Below the pieces are notes generated by a model. It saw only the letters and a list, made by a program, of their open reading frames with translations. It was not told where the DNA came from and ran no database searches. From sequence record OP123707.1: a stretch of DNA of 64,000 bases, one strand, 5' to 3'. Of the stretch, positions 39,403-49,045 are shown piece after piece. Made by a program: the position numbers and the translations under genes. Each line of letters begins with the position of its first letter. Position 1 is the first letter of the stretch.

Positions 39403-40420
39403 AAAGAAAACCAGTGGTGTGACTCCTTCTGGAGAAACCACGTCACTTTCAACAACTGTTGTCGAAACCGAACCTCAAACAGAAATCGGTGAAGACACCC
39501 GCACCGAGGATGTAATCGATGGTGAAGTCGAAACTACTATTGGTGACACTTCTGCGAACGATGCCGTGTCTGAAGAAGACGAAGACGATGATGACATCAT
39601 CCCTGAAAACGATGAGTACCGTTACATCGAACGTGTAGAAGTCAGCAACGAAAAACACAAAGCGCGTCTTAAAGAAGACTTCGGTTGGATTGGCGACCTT
39701 CAAGTTCAAGAAGTGGATGGACAGCGCTCTATTCGTGACGCTGCGGGCACTTACATCATTTCGGATACCTCTATCCCAGAATCGGTCTTTGTCCAACGTT
39801 GGCTTGATCAGTTCGCTCTAGGTTATGTGGGTGCAACCAACTACTTTGATGCAACTACGTGGGGCAAACTCACGCACGGTCATCAACGTGGTGTGGTGAT
39901 TACGAATGACGCGGGTGAACCTATCTTTGTTATTCCGCCATTGTCTCGTGCACCATTTACACCAAAAGAACAATACGTACTGGACTTAGCGCATAAGTCT
40001 TACGCGAACGCTTCATCAGCTGAACAAACCGGTGATTCACACCGTGCTCAAGAAATCATTCAAGGGGCAACAGAACTCATTAAGGAATACATCACGGATG
40101 AAAACGTGACGGTAACTGAGTTGATTCCTGATTGGTTCTACAAGAAGTACCATGTCGTGCCTTACATTAAACGTGCACTGGTTTACTGTCGTGACGTCTA
40201 CGGTTTGAACCCAGCGTTCCACGCCGATTGGGAAATGGCAGAAGGCATCTTCACTAACATCCATAATCGTCGTGCGTTGAATCAACATCAATTGACGTTC
40301 ATGGAAATCTTAACCAACGGTGAGTGGACTCCGCCAGAATACGACATTGTCGAAGATCTAGGTAATCCTTCACCACGAGTGCCATCTAACAGTACGGATT
40401 CTGATCCATTTGATAACTGA
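39380..40420 (+). CDS. Conserved hypothetical protein with acidic disordered N-terminus
   Basis: 346 aa, D/E/T-rich first ~85 residues. Confidence 0.6.
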   Translation: MQKQETNKKKTSGVTPSGETTSLSTTVVETEPQTEIGEDTRTEDVIDGEVETTIGDTSANDAVSEEDEDDDDIIPENDEYRYIERVEVSNEKHKARLKEDFGWIGDLQVQEVDGQRSIRDAAGTYIISDTSIPESVFVQRWLDQFALGYVGATNYFDATTWGKLTHGHQRGVVITNDAGEPIFVIPPLSRAPFTPKEQYVLDLAHKSYANASSAEQTGDSHRAQEIIQGATELIKEYITDENVTVTELIPDWFYKKYHVVPYIKRALVYCRDVYGLNPAFHADWEMAEGIFTNIHNRRALNQHQLTFMEILTNGEWTPPEYDIVEDLGNPSPRVPSNSTDSDPFDN

Positions 40421-40439
40421 TTAGCTGGATAATAAATTT

Positions 40440-41567
40440 ATGCAAAATGACCGCTTTTTTGGGTTGTGGTTTAGTGACCAACACACACTGCACAACAATA
40501 CACCAACGCAACACGTGTTGTACAACGCGAGTCAATTCCTGACTCGTAGCCACAATCTGGAAGAAGTGGACCTCGTCGTATTTGGTGGGGACTTCTACGA
40601 CCGATTGGTGGACACCTCGCATCCTGACATGCGAGCGACCCAACATTGGATACGTGAGTTCTTGTTGGACTGTTTGAAGCACAACGTGATTGTGAGGGTG
40701 CTTGAAGGTACATCTTCCCATGACCGTGAACAGCCAGAGAACTTCATCGTACAATGTCCGGAAGGCTTAAACCTGAAATGGGTGAAAGAGCTGTCTTACG
40801 AACGCATCGATGCGCTTGGGATCGATATGATCTACGTCCCAGACAACATGGGTGGGGTCAGTCCTGATACCATTTGGGATCGCACGCTATCTTTATTAAC
40901 CGATAACGGTGTGGATAAAGTAGACTACGTGTGGTTCCACGGTGCGTTTGAATACCAAATACCGCTTAAGTTTAGCAAGCACTCACACTCTGAAGTGAAA
41001 TGGCAGTCCATTGTAAGACGTAACCTTTTTGCAGGACACGTCCATATTCCTTCGGAGTATGGTAAGATTCGAGTTAGTGGTTCGTTTGACCGTACTCGTC
41101 ATGGGGAAGAACACCCTAAAGGTGGGTATGAGTTTTGGTGGGACCCTGAGTCCGATTGGGCAGATACTAAGTTTTGGGAGAATAAAAACGCACTCCCTTA
41201 TTACCGCGTCTTACAACACCCAGATGACACTAATGATGAATTGTTAGATAAAGTCATGCAGGTGATTCAACTTAAGAAGCCTATCCCGAAATCTCGTATC
41301 CAAATTCGAGGTAAGAACGGAGTGTTGATTAAGGGCGTCGCGGAATATCTCCAAGGAACGTATCCCGACTTATTCTTTGATGTTGACGCTTCCAGTCAAA
41401 TGGAAAAAGAGATTTCTTTAGACACTGTGAATGATCTCACGTACGAAGGAGTTGAGCTCAATGAGCACAATTTCTCCGACCACCTCAGCCAGTACATGTC
41501 TGATACTGAGAAATACACGGAAGAAGAGATCGCTGATAGCTTAGAACTATTGAAGGAGTTCCTATGA
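40440..41567 (+). CDS. sbcD: SbcD/Mre11-family metallophosphoesterase nuclease
   Basis: Motifs SDQH, GDFYD, GTSSHD, FHG and GHVH. Confidence 0.85.
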   Translation: MQNDRFFGLWFSDQHTLHNNTPTQHVLYNASQFLTRSHNLEEVDLVVFGGDFYDRLVDTSHPDMRATQHWIREFLLDCLKHNVIVRVLEGTSSHDREQPENFIVQCPEGLNLKWVKELSYERIDALGIDMIYVPDNMGGVSPDTIWDRTLSLLTDNGVDKVDYVWFHGAFEYQIPLKFSKHSHSEVKWQSIVRRNLFAGHVHIPSEYGKIRVSGSFDRTRHGEEHPKGGYEFWWDPESDWADTKFWENKNALPYYRVLQHPDDTNDELLDKVMQVIQLKKPIPKSRIQIRGKNGVLIKGVAEYLQGTYPDLFFDVDASSQMEKEISLDTVNDLTYEGVELNEHNFSDHLSQYMSDTEKYTEEEIADSLELLKEFL

Positions 41568-42352
41568 GAGAACTTGGTGAATTAGGGATGTCCGTCGGGA
41601 CTTCCCTTGCTTTTGAATCGGATGAAGCCAAACACGCCATCCCGGAAACTGACACTTTCTTGATTAACCTACGAACGCTGATTCGTAATACCCATGGAGC
41701 GTACCCGAAAGATGATCCGCTTATTAATGATATCGACTCTTTGAAGGCGGCGTTAATAGAAGACATAAAACTGATCGCTACCACGATCTCGGAAATCGCT
41801 CCACGTTCTACCATCAACGTAGAGATTTATTATCCGTCTTATAATTCCTTGGGGCGTAAGTTCCCTCACGCCACTCTTTGGAAGCCGAAGACAGATAAGC
41901 AAAAAGAGCTTCATCAGCTGTATGATGATATAGCCGAAGAGTTCATAAAAGAATACCCCACTTTGGTCACGAAGACCGACTGCGGAATGCCTGAATTCAA
42001 AGGTCGTGGTCTGGTCATTACACACCATGTGGTTGACTTAGTATTAACCGAAGGTTGGTCCCGTTTACGATTGTTAGAATCTCAAACGGGTGCGGTGAAA
42101 CCCTATTTGATGTGGTACACCAAACTGACCGGTTCCAATAACGAGTCCATTCCTTTAAACCGAATGACAATCCAAGTATTCGGAGATAAGTCCACCAATT
42201 TCCTAGGACAATCTCTGGCTATTAAAAAGCTGGTCAAAGATTTGGCCTCTAAAGCTAACTGGACATCCGCTACCACCCCTCAACGTTGTCGTAGTTCCAT
42301 CAATACTTACATGTCTGGTGTGGACCGTGACGGCTTGATGCTGTTCTGGTAA
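41564..42352 (+). CDS. Probable 5'-3' exonuclease/RNase H-like (PIN/FEN-type) protein
   Basis: FLINLRTLIRN, THHVVDL and QVFGD motifs; adjacent to sbcD. Confidence 0.5.
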   Translation: MRELGELGMSVGTSLAFESDEAKHAIPETDTFLINLRTLIRNTHGAYPKDDPLINDIDSLKAALIEDIKLIATTISEIAPRSTINVEIYYPSYNSLGRKFPHATLWKPKTDKQKELHQLYDDIAEEFIKEYPTLVTKTDCGMPEFKGRGLVITHHVVDLVLTEGWSRLRLLESQTGAVKPYLMWYTKLTGSNNESIPLNRMTIQVFGDKSTNFLGQSLAIKKLVKDLASKANWTSATTPQRCRSSINTYMSGVDRDGLMLFW

Positions 42353-42430
42353 TTCATCACCCGGGTGTCTAATTATTAGCGCAAAACAATTTTCTCTTTA
42401 AAACCAAATTCAAAATAAGGTAGACCAACT

Positions 42431-43180
42431 ATGTCACAACCTCAAGGCAACGCACGTCAAAAGACAATCTTCAATGACTTCTACGGCGTACACCCAACAA
42501 CACTGCAACCGGTCGAAGGCGCAAAGTTCCCAGGTCAAATGTTGTGGGAAATTGCAAACAACGGTCGAATTCTGTTTAAAGCGGACGACAAGCGCTACAA
42601 TCCGAATGACAACCAAGCGTACAAAAAGAAAGAATGTGAAATGGGTTACGGTGACCGCAACATGATCTTTGATCTGTTGATTGAAGCGGCAACGGACGCA
42701 ACGTTCACTAAAGCACAATACACGGTTAAGAAACGTTCATTCGTTCGTCAAAACGGTCAATCTAAGATGTCTGACCAACCGATCGCTCAAGGTCAGTTTA
42801 CGGTAATCCGTGACCAACAAGGTGTGATCTCTCTAGGTTACTCTCGTGGTGACTACAAAGTACTGTTCACGTTTGACCGTCCAGGGTTCTCTGAACTGAA
42901 CTTCTTCGAGAACGGTGAGTGGGTTCCAGCAACGGGTCGCATGTCTCAAATGTGGGTGCGTTCTTACGTGAACCGTGTGCGTAAGTTCCTAGACCAAAAA
43001 GAAGACGAGAACTACCAACCACCTAAGCCTAAGAACGGCGGCGGCAATAACAACTGGGGTGGTGGTAATAACAATGGCTCTGGCGGCAACGGCGGTTGGG
43101 GTGGAAACAATAACGGCGGCGGTAACCAAGGTGGTAACGGCGGCGGCATGGATGACGGCTTTGACGACATCCCATTCTAA
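42431..43180 (+). CDS. ChmC-like single-stranded nucleic-acid-binding protein with G/N-rich tail
   Basis: Sits directly before the gp68-like gene. About 200-aa core plus GGNNNWGG repeats and a DDGFDDIPF terminus. Confidence 0.7.
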   Translation: MSQPQGNARQKTIFNDFYGVHPTTLQPVEGAKFPGQMLWEIANNGRILFKADDKRYNPNDNQAYKKKECEMGYGDRNMIFDLLIEAATDATFTKAQYTVKKRSFVRQNGQSKMSDQPIAQGQFTVIRDQQGVISLGYSRGDYKVLFTFDRPGFSELNFFENGEWVPATGRMSQMWVRSYVNRVRKFLDQKEDENYQPPKPKNGGGNNNWGGGNNNGSGGNGGWGGNNNGGGNQGGNGGGMDDGFDDIPF

Positions 43181-43250
43181 TCCACGCTTAATCTAAAAAT
43201 TCAGGGAGGGGTCTGATGACCTCTCCCCGGTTTTATATGTCGTTAAATTA

Positions 43251-43275
43251 TTTTAAATCTATATTATCTTGGTGT
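43251..43275 (+). promoter_or_regulatory. Phage early-promoter-like motif, copy 4
   Basis: TTTTAAATCTATATTATCTTGGTGT. Confidence 0.6.
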
Positions 43276-43294
43276 AATCCATAGGAGATGAAAA

Positions 43295-44869
43295 ATGGAA
43301 ATCACTATTAGCAATGCTACCATTTCCCAATTCAAGGGAGTTGTAGTGACTCATTTGGACGAGTCAATCCATTTCGCTGCTCACTCTAAAACCCATTGTG
43401 GTACCACCAAGCACGATTTGTTTGAACATGTGAACGAATACTTCAGTTCCATGTCTGAGCAAAAACAGGCGGATCTATTTGAGTTGTTCCGTAAAGCGAA
43501 AACTATTTTAGACCCTAACTATGCAGAATCGCAAGGTATCGATGATGAGTTATTACGTAACCATCGGGATTACCGTTTCTTGATAGATCGTTTGACACCC
43601 ATCATTCGTGGAATCTATCAAGTCATTGATTTGCGTAACTACACGTACTTCCTGAAACAATCAGGGGTGTGTGCACCACCACGCGGTCTTAAGGAAACCG
43701 TCGCTCGTGGTGAATACCACGCTGAACAAACCATCAACCCAACAGAGTACGAGCAAATCGCTGAACTCGCGTTGTTGATGCGTCCATCGTTCCCTATCAT
43801 TTCGGGGATGATGCAAAAAGCCAAAGAGATCACCGGGGACGAATACAAAGAAGTCGTGACCGCTGGGTTGTTCAAAGATATGGATGTGTTTGTCAACCAC
43901 CACGGTTGGAACAAAATCCGTAACTACATGAACTACTTCTATTCCAGTAATGGAGTGAACTCTCTGCAACTGTCTTTAATCTCTGAAGACTCTTATGTGA
44001 ACCATGCCTTCTACTCTGCATTGTTCAGTCGTCTAGGGTCCACTCATATCCCATCTAAGGATAATTCGAAGAACATCGCCAAGTCACTGTATTCCGTAGC
44101 GAAGCAATACTCGGCACCTTCGTCCCGCATTCGTGAAAAGAAACTGACCGCGAAAGATGAGATGAATGAGAAACGCAGTCTGTATGAAATCTACTTCCTT
44201 AAAGAAGAAGTGAGTTCCGCAGATGAAGAAGCCCACGGTGAGTTTTTCTCCATGGGATTATACGACAACCAAGATCGCCCTAAAGCCAAAGAACGTTTTG
44301 ACATCGCGTGTTTGGGCCTAGGGATTCAACGTCCTGATTTAGTTGAATGGGTCTATGATCAAATCCCGAGCAATTGGGAATTCGAACTGCAACCCCATAT
44401 CTTTAAGCTGTTACAACTTGCGTTCCCTGAACACATTTCTTACAACATCTATTTGTCTCTGGACCATGACCAGTTGATGTCCGCAATGGCATTAGCAACG
44501 GTCAAACTCCACGAAGCAGGGTATCTGAAACTCGCAACCTTGGTATGTACGGTTTACGATGAAGACCAACCTCGCAGCCTAACGGATGAGATTTTCTCAC
44601 TGGATACCGCTGACAAAGAAATGCTGGAAGACTTATGCGCAGTTTACCGTGGACATTCCGGCCTCGCCACCGACAATGAAGCGGTCATCGCAGCCAACGA
44701 CTTCCTGAAAGAACTTGGGAACGGACAGTGGTCTTCCATTATTGAACCGGGTATGTTAGATGACCCAGAAGTAATGAAGAACGCGGACTTAGGAGATTTG
44801 TTCGAAGTAGAACTCGACCGATCACTTAAGACCGAATTTTTAGATTTAGTTAAACAAGTAAACTCGTAA
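43295..44869 (+). CDS. Non-virion RNAP promoter-specificity subunit (phiKZ gp68-like)
   Basis: 524 aa helical protein at the gp68 syntenic position. No diagnostic motif verified. Confidence 0.65.
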   Translation: MEITISNATISQFKGVVVTHLDESIHFAAHSKTHCGTTKHDLFEHVNEYFSSMSEQKQADLFELFRKAKTILDPNYAESQGIDDELLRNHRDYRFLIDRLTPIIRGIYQVIDLRNYTYFLKQSGVCAPPRGLKETVARGEYHAEQTINPTEYEQIAELALLMRPSFPIISGMMQKAKEITGDEYKEVVTAGLFKDMDVFVNHHGWNKIRNYMNYFYSSNGVNSLQLSLISEDSYVNHAFYSALFSRLGSTHIPSKDNSKNIAKSLYSVAKQYSAPSSRIREKKLTAKDEMNEKRSLYEIYFLKEEVSSADEEAHGEFFSMGLYDNQDRPKAKERFDIACLGLGIQRPDLVEWVYDQIPSNWEFELQPHIFKLLQLAFPEHISYNIYLSLDHDQLMSAMALATVKLHEAGYLKLATLVCTVYDEDQPRSLTDEIFSLDTADKEMLEDLCAVYRGHSGLATDNEAVIAANDFLKELGNGQWSSIIEPGMLDDPEVMKNADLGDLFEVELDRSLKTEFLDLVKQVNS

Positions 44870-44927
44870 GTTTACAACGCCAATTTTTAAACGTTAATTA
44901 CAACGAATTTTTTCGAGGAATATATCT

Positions 44928-46397
44928 ATGGCTTCTCTTGTCCTAACTCAAGCACTTATCGGCCTATCGAACTCTTACCAAGAACACCAACTCCGTGCCC
45001 ATGCAATGAACATCGAAGGTTCGGATTTGAATGAGCTCTTAGCAGCCCGTCTTGGTAACACCAGTCGTGTGGCTCCGGTAGAGATGCGTGAAATCGCAGC
45101 ACGTTCTGGTGGCGTAGCAACCCAATCGGGCGGCACAGCTCACATTGAAGATGGTTGGGCAACGTCTCGTGGTCTGGCTACATTGGAATTCGTTATTGAA
45201 GGTGCGTCTCCAGTACAATCACAGACATTAACGGTTTACGGTTACATGTATGGTGGTTCGCCAACCATGGCAGGCGGTGCACTCCCTCAAGACATTAAGT
45301 TTGTTCCTGTGAAAATGTGGTTGATGGAAGCACACATGGCGACTGACGGTAACGGCTTCCCTGTGGAAGCACGTCGTACATCCCAAGCGGGTAACTTCCT
45401 ACTTAATGACCCTAACCATCGTCAAGGTCTCCACACCATTCGTCCAATGGACGTCATCAACTCAGCATCGGCACTTGCAGCCTTTGATGGTGATGACCAA
45501 CTCGGTGGAGGTCTGGAAGGTTTTGGTGGTGCAACATCCGGTCTGCTTCAAAACATCGGGATGAACATCTCTAAGTCTCAAAACAACTCTACGGTGGATT
45601 ACGCGGAGAAAATCTTAACGGCAGCAGCCACGGCATCTTTTGAGAATGAAATCACAGGTGACCGTTTTTCTGCCATCTGTTCAGCAACCAGCAACACCAC
45701 CATCAAAGAGATTTCGCTGGATGAAAACCCATTCGTTAAAGTCATGCGTCGTCAATTAGGTTATGTGACCATGGCACATTTCGATGGCTTTACTATGTAT
45801 GAACTGGCGACAGTCTTTGAGAACTTCAACCAAGTGACTAACGTCACGTTGACCGACACTGATGCTTTCAATGTTATCGACCACCGTTACTCATCTAACG
45901 AGATGGCAGGTGCAACGTTTGAAACCCTCATCTGTTCGGAGTTGAATAACCTAGCCAACGCGATGATGAACGATTACCGTTTGTCGTACATTCACATTCG
46001 TGCATCGAACAACGTGCTGGATGGTCAAGGTCAGTTGGTGATTAACTCACTGCCTGTGGCGTATCTGTTGGGTGAGTCTGCACCAATCGCATCGAAAGAT
46101 CCAGATTGGGGTTACAATGCAACTGCTGGGGCAGAAGCACTCATTGCACAGTTCTATGCGAAGTACAACTCTGCTCTTATCCATGAGCGTATGATTGTGA
46201 ACTTTGATATGTACGCGTCTCTCTTTGGCGAAACAGAAATCATCGTCACTATCAATGACGGCAGCAATGGTGAACACAAAGAGGTCTTTGGTACTATGGC
46301 AGGTAACCGTTTTGACCCAACCTTGGTAACCACCGACGGCCTTAATCAATCAGTTAGTTCATTCTACAAAAACCTAACTGAATACATGAACTTCTAA
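44928..46397 (+). CDS. PicA/Imp1-like nuclear import factor (phiKZ gp69-like)
   Basis: 489 aa, directly after the gp68-like gene; synteny-based. Confidence 0.55.
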   Translation: MASLVLTQALIGLSNSYQEHQLRAHAMNIEGSDLNELLAARLGNTSRVAPVEMREIAARSGGVATQSGGTAHIEDGWATSRGLATLEFVIEGASPVQSQTLTVYGYMYGGSPTMAGGALPQDIKFVPVKMWLMEAHMATDGNGFPVEARRTSQAGNFLLNDPNHRQGLHTIRPMDVINSASALAAFDGDDQLGGGLEGFGGATSGLLQNIGMNISKSQNNSTVDYAEKILTAAATASFENEITGDRFSAICSATSNTTIKEISLDENPFVKVMRRQLGYVTMAHFDGFTMYELATVFENFNQVTNVTLTDTDAFNVIDHRYSSNEMAGATFETLICSELNNLANAMMNDYRLSYIHIRASNNVLDGQGQLVINSLPVAYLLGESAPIASKDPDWGYNATAGAEALIAQFYAKYNSALIHERMIVNFDMYASLFGETEIIVTINDGSNGEHKEVFGTMAGNRFDPTLVTTDGLNQSVSSFYKNLTEYMNF

Positions 46398-46491
46398 ACT
46401 CCATCAGTCGTGGTGAAAGAAAGCGCGCTCGGACGCCACGACTTCATTCAACCAACCTGAAAATTGATCAATAACTAAAGGAAATTTCCCA

Positions 46492-47907
46492 ATGAATGAA
46501 TTAAACAAATTGTACGTTGCCATCACAAAAACGTGGAATGGCGTGCATGATGAAGACGGTAAACTCTCCATTGAACTGGACGGTAGTCATTACCCTATCC
46601 GTCTGGACAACATGGATGTGTACCTTCCGTTTGTGTCTGCGTTAGAATCAGACACCGCAGAGAAAGTGTTCTTCCACCCGGCGTGTGAGTCTATCATCTC
46701 TAAAGAAACGGAGATCTTCCGAATCATTCGTAAGATGGCGGGGTTACAAATCCTGACGCACTTCAAGAAGTTCGCACCAGTGCTGTTCGACATTTCAAAT
46801 AAGAAAGCCAAGCGTGGTCTTCGCAATGATTTGTTGGAACGCATCGAAGTCCTGAAAACGGCGAAGGCGAACCAGCGTAAAGAAGTCATCCAGATTTTTG
46901 ACCACATGAATGTGGAGATGGAAGCGGATGATAATGTGGATCGTCGTTTTGTTCACTTCGACATCAAACGTGGTGGTCGTAGTAAACTGACGGGTGACAA
47001 GATCTACTACAGCTGTAAACCTATCTTCCCATTCTACAATGAGCTGGTCCGTCGTCTAACTCGCACCGAAGGTGAAGCGGCAAACAAACCAGTGAAAATC
47101 TTGGGTAAAGAGTTTACTCGTGGTGCGTTAGTGGTAGCAGAAGAAATCTTCCGTTTCGTATTACCAGGTGTTGAAGATCCATTGGCGTATGAGCAAGAAC
47201 AAACATCAGCAGAAGCAGCGCGTTTCTGTGTGTTCGTGAATACTTACGTGTCCATGATTGGTGACATGAACAACCTGCAAAATACGTTCCGTGCTGACTT
47301 CGACAAAGTGGGTGTTTACGAAATCGACACTTCGTTCACTACGAGCTTAGAAGACATCGATGTCATTTACAAACAAGTTCCGCCAATGCCGTATAACTCT
47401 CAGTCTTCAGGTAACACTGATGTACAGACTGAAGTTCAAACGCACCAGATGGTGGGTAACTTGATGAATCAAACGTCACACGTAACACCAAACGTGACGC
47501 CATCAAGTGTCCCGGTGAACCAAAATACCGCTGCACTGGATCCAGCGTCTAATGCAGCCAATGGTTTTGTCAATGAAGTAAAGGCAACGTTGCTACCGGG
47601 TGAAACTTGGATTGGTGTAACGCAAGACCCACTAACAGGTCATTTTGTTCACTCGATTCAAACCATGCAGGGTCCTATTCAAATTCGTTACTCTCGTCAA
47701 GGTAACTTCTTGAGCAAGGAATCCAGCTTAATGCCTAACATGATGAACGGCATGAACCCATACGGTCACAACATGCAACAAATGCAGTTGGCGGCGATGA
47801 TGTCGGGTCAAATGAACCCATCGGTATTTGCACAACCTACTTACCAAGATCAGGTAAGCAGCGCGAGCGCGTACCATCCAACTACTGAGCCAGCAACCAC
47901 TTGGTAA
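46492..47907 (+). CDS. Conserved phiKZ gp70-like protein with Q/M/N-rich C-terminus
   Basis: 471 aa; synteny; low-complexity tail. Confidence 0.55.
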   Translation: MNELNKLYVAITKTWNGVHDEDGKLSIELDGSHYPIRLDNMDVYLPFVSALESDTAEKVFFHPACESIISKETEIFRIIRKMAGLQILTHFKKFAPVLFDISNKKAKRGLRNDLLERIEVLKTAKANQRKEVIQIFDHMNVEMEADDNVDRRFVHFDIKRGGRSKLTGDKIYYSCKPIFPFYNELVRRLTRTEGEAANKPVKILGKEFTRGALVVAEEIFRFVLPGVEDPLAYEQEQTSAEAARFCVFVNTYVSMIGDMNNLQNTFRADFDKVGVYEIDTSFTTSLEDIDVIYKQVPPMPYNSQSSGNTDVQTEVQTHQMVGNLMNQTSHVTPNVTPSSVPVNQNTAALDPASNAANGFVNEVKATLLPGETWIGVTQDPLTGHFVHSIQTMQGPIQIRYSRQGNFLSKESSLMPNMMNGMNPYGHNMQQMQLAAMMSGQMNPSVFAQPTYQDQVSSASAYHPTTEPATTW

Positions 47908-47978
47908 AATGAATGTGATCACACCCTCCGTTGTGGGGGTGTGGTTCATTCCAACATTTGAATATTTGGAGAACCATC

Positions 47979-48602
47979 ATGGCATTTAAGAAACTCACCA
48001 GTGCTGAAATCAATCAACTGAATGAAGTGGAACTGGAATCCTACTTGTCGGAACTGTCTAAACATGAGCCGTTTGATAAGGATGCGTATTTAGAAAAGCA
48101 TCCAACGTCAGACTATGTTCGACCACCGTCTTATCGTCCTTCACTGATTGATGAAGAAAACCCAGATTCTGGATTCCGTATTTTGGGAGCCACAGTCGCT
48201 GAAGTTGATCGTGCTGGACTTAAGGCAGGAGCAATTGTGGAACAAATCCGTGAATGGATTGCCACTGAACCAGACCCACTAGGTGTCATTGGGTTCATTT
48301 CCCCTATTGACCGTATTTGTTACGAGAAAACCATCGAAGGCGTGACGGGCTACGGGGATATGATTCGTAACTACTTTACGCTAAACCCTAACCGCTATGC
48401 GTTCCGTTTCCTCAATGCGAAGTTGACTTCTAAAGGCATCTTTGTTGATTTTATTCCAGAGGGTCCGTGCGCTTCAGTGTTGGAGCAATGGTTGGAAGAT
48501 GAAACCGTTTCTTTCCGCATGTACATGCGTGTTGGATTGAATACTTCACTGGAACCACAACTGATCACCTTCGACATTGACCGTGAAATTACTTTGCCTT
48601 AA
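47979..48602 (+). CDS. Hypothetical protein
   Basis: SD GGAG before ATG 47979. Confidence 0.6.
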   Translation: MAFKKLTSAEINQLNEVELESYLSELSKHEPFDKDAYLEKHPTSDYVRPPSYRPSLIDEENPDSGFRILGATVAEVDRAGLKAGAIVEQIREWIATEPDPLGVIGFISPIDRICYEKTIEGVTGYGDMIRNYFTLNPNRYAFRFLNAKLTSKGIFVDFIPEGPCASVLEQWLEDETVSFRMYMRVGLNTSLEPQLITFDIDREITLP

Positions 48603-48646
48603 ATAAGCACCTGCTCCCTCATGAGGGAGCAGGCACCTAAGGTGGT

Positions 48647-48979
48647 TTATTTTTTACGAATCAAGTTCGCTCGTTGTACCAATTTATTTACAACAGCGGT
48701 GTCAATTATAAAGACCTCTTTCATGTCCCCTACATATTGACTCGGATCTTCGACATCATTCAAAAATGCGATGGTCCAGTGCATATGTTGTGGAACTTTA
48801 AAGCTTTCCAAGATCACACGGTAAAAGTCATAACGGTGTGCGTGCAAAAAGCTAATGTCATGAATAGGGTATTTCCCTGCGACCGAAAGCAGGTACTCTT
48901 TATTAGAACGGATCATGACTTTGTACTCTTCAGTGAAGAACTGATCCATAGGAGTCGGTAAGTCAATAGCCATCGCCAA
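48647..48979 (-). CDS. Small conserved protein, possibly T4 gp53/LysM-like baseplate component
   Basis: HRYDFYRVI...HWTIAFLN pattern. SD AAGGA. Confidence 0.4.
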   Translation of the reverse strand: MAMAIDLPTPMDQFFTEEYKVMIRSNKEYLLSVAGKYPIHDISFLHAHRYDFYRVILESFKVPQHMHWTIAFLNDVEDPSQYVGDMKEVFIIDTAVVNKLVQRANLIRKK

Positions 48980-48990
48980 TCCTTATCCTT

Positions 48991-49015
48991 TTTTGAGTCT
49001 ATATTACTAGAGTGT
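48991..49015 (+). promoter_or_regulatory. Phage early-promoter-like motif, copy 5
   Basis: TTTTGAGTCTATATTACTAGAGTGT, containing TATATTAC. Confidence 0.6.
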
Positions 49016-49045
49016 GAACCAACCTCAATACCAAAAGGCAGTCCA

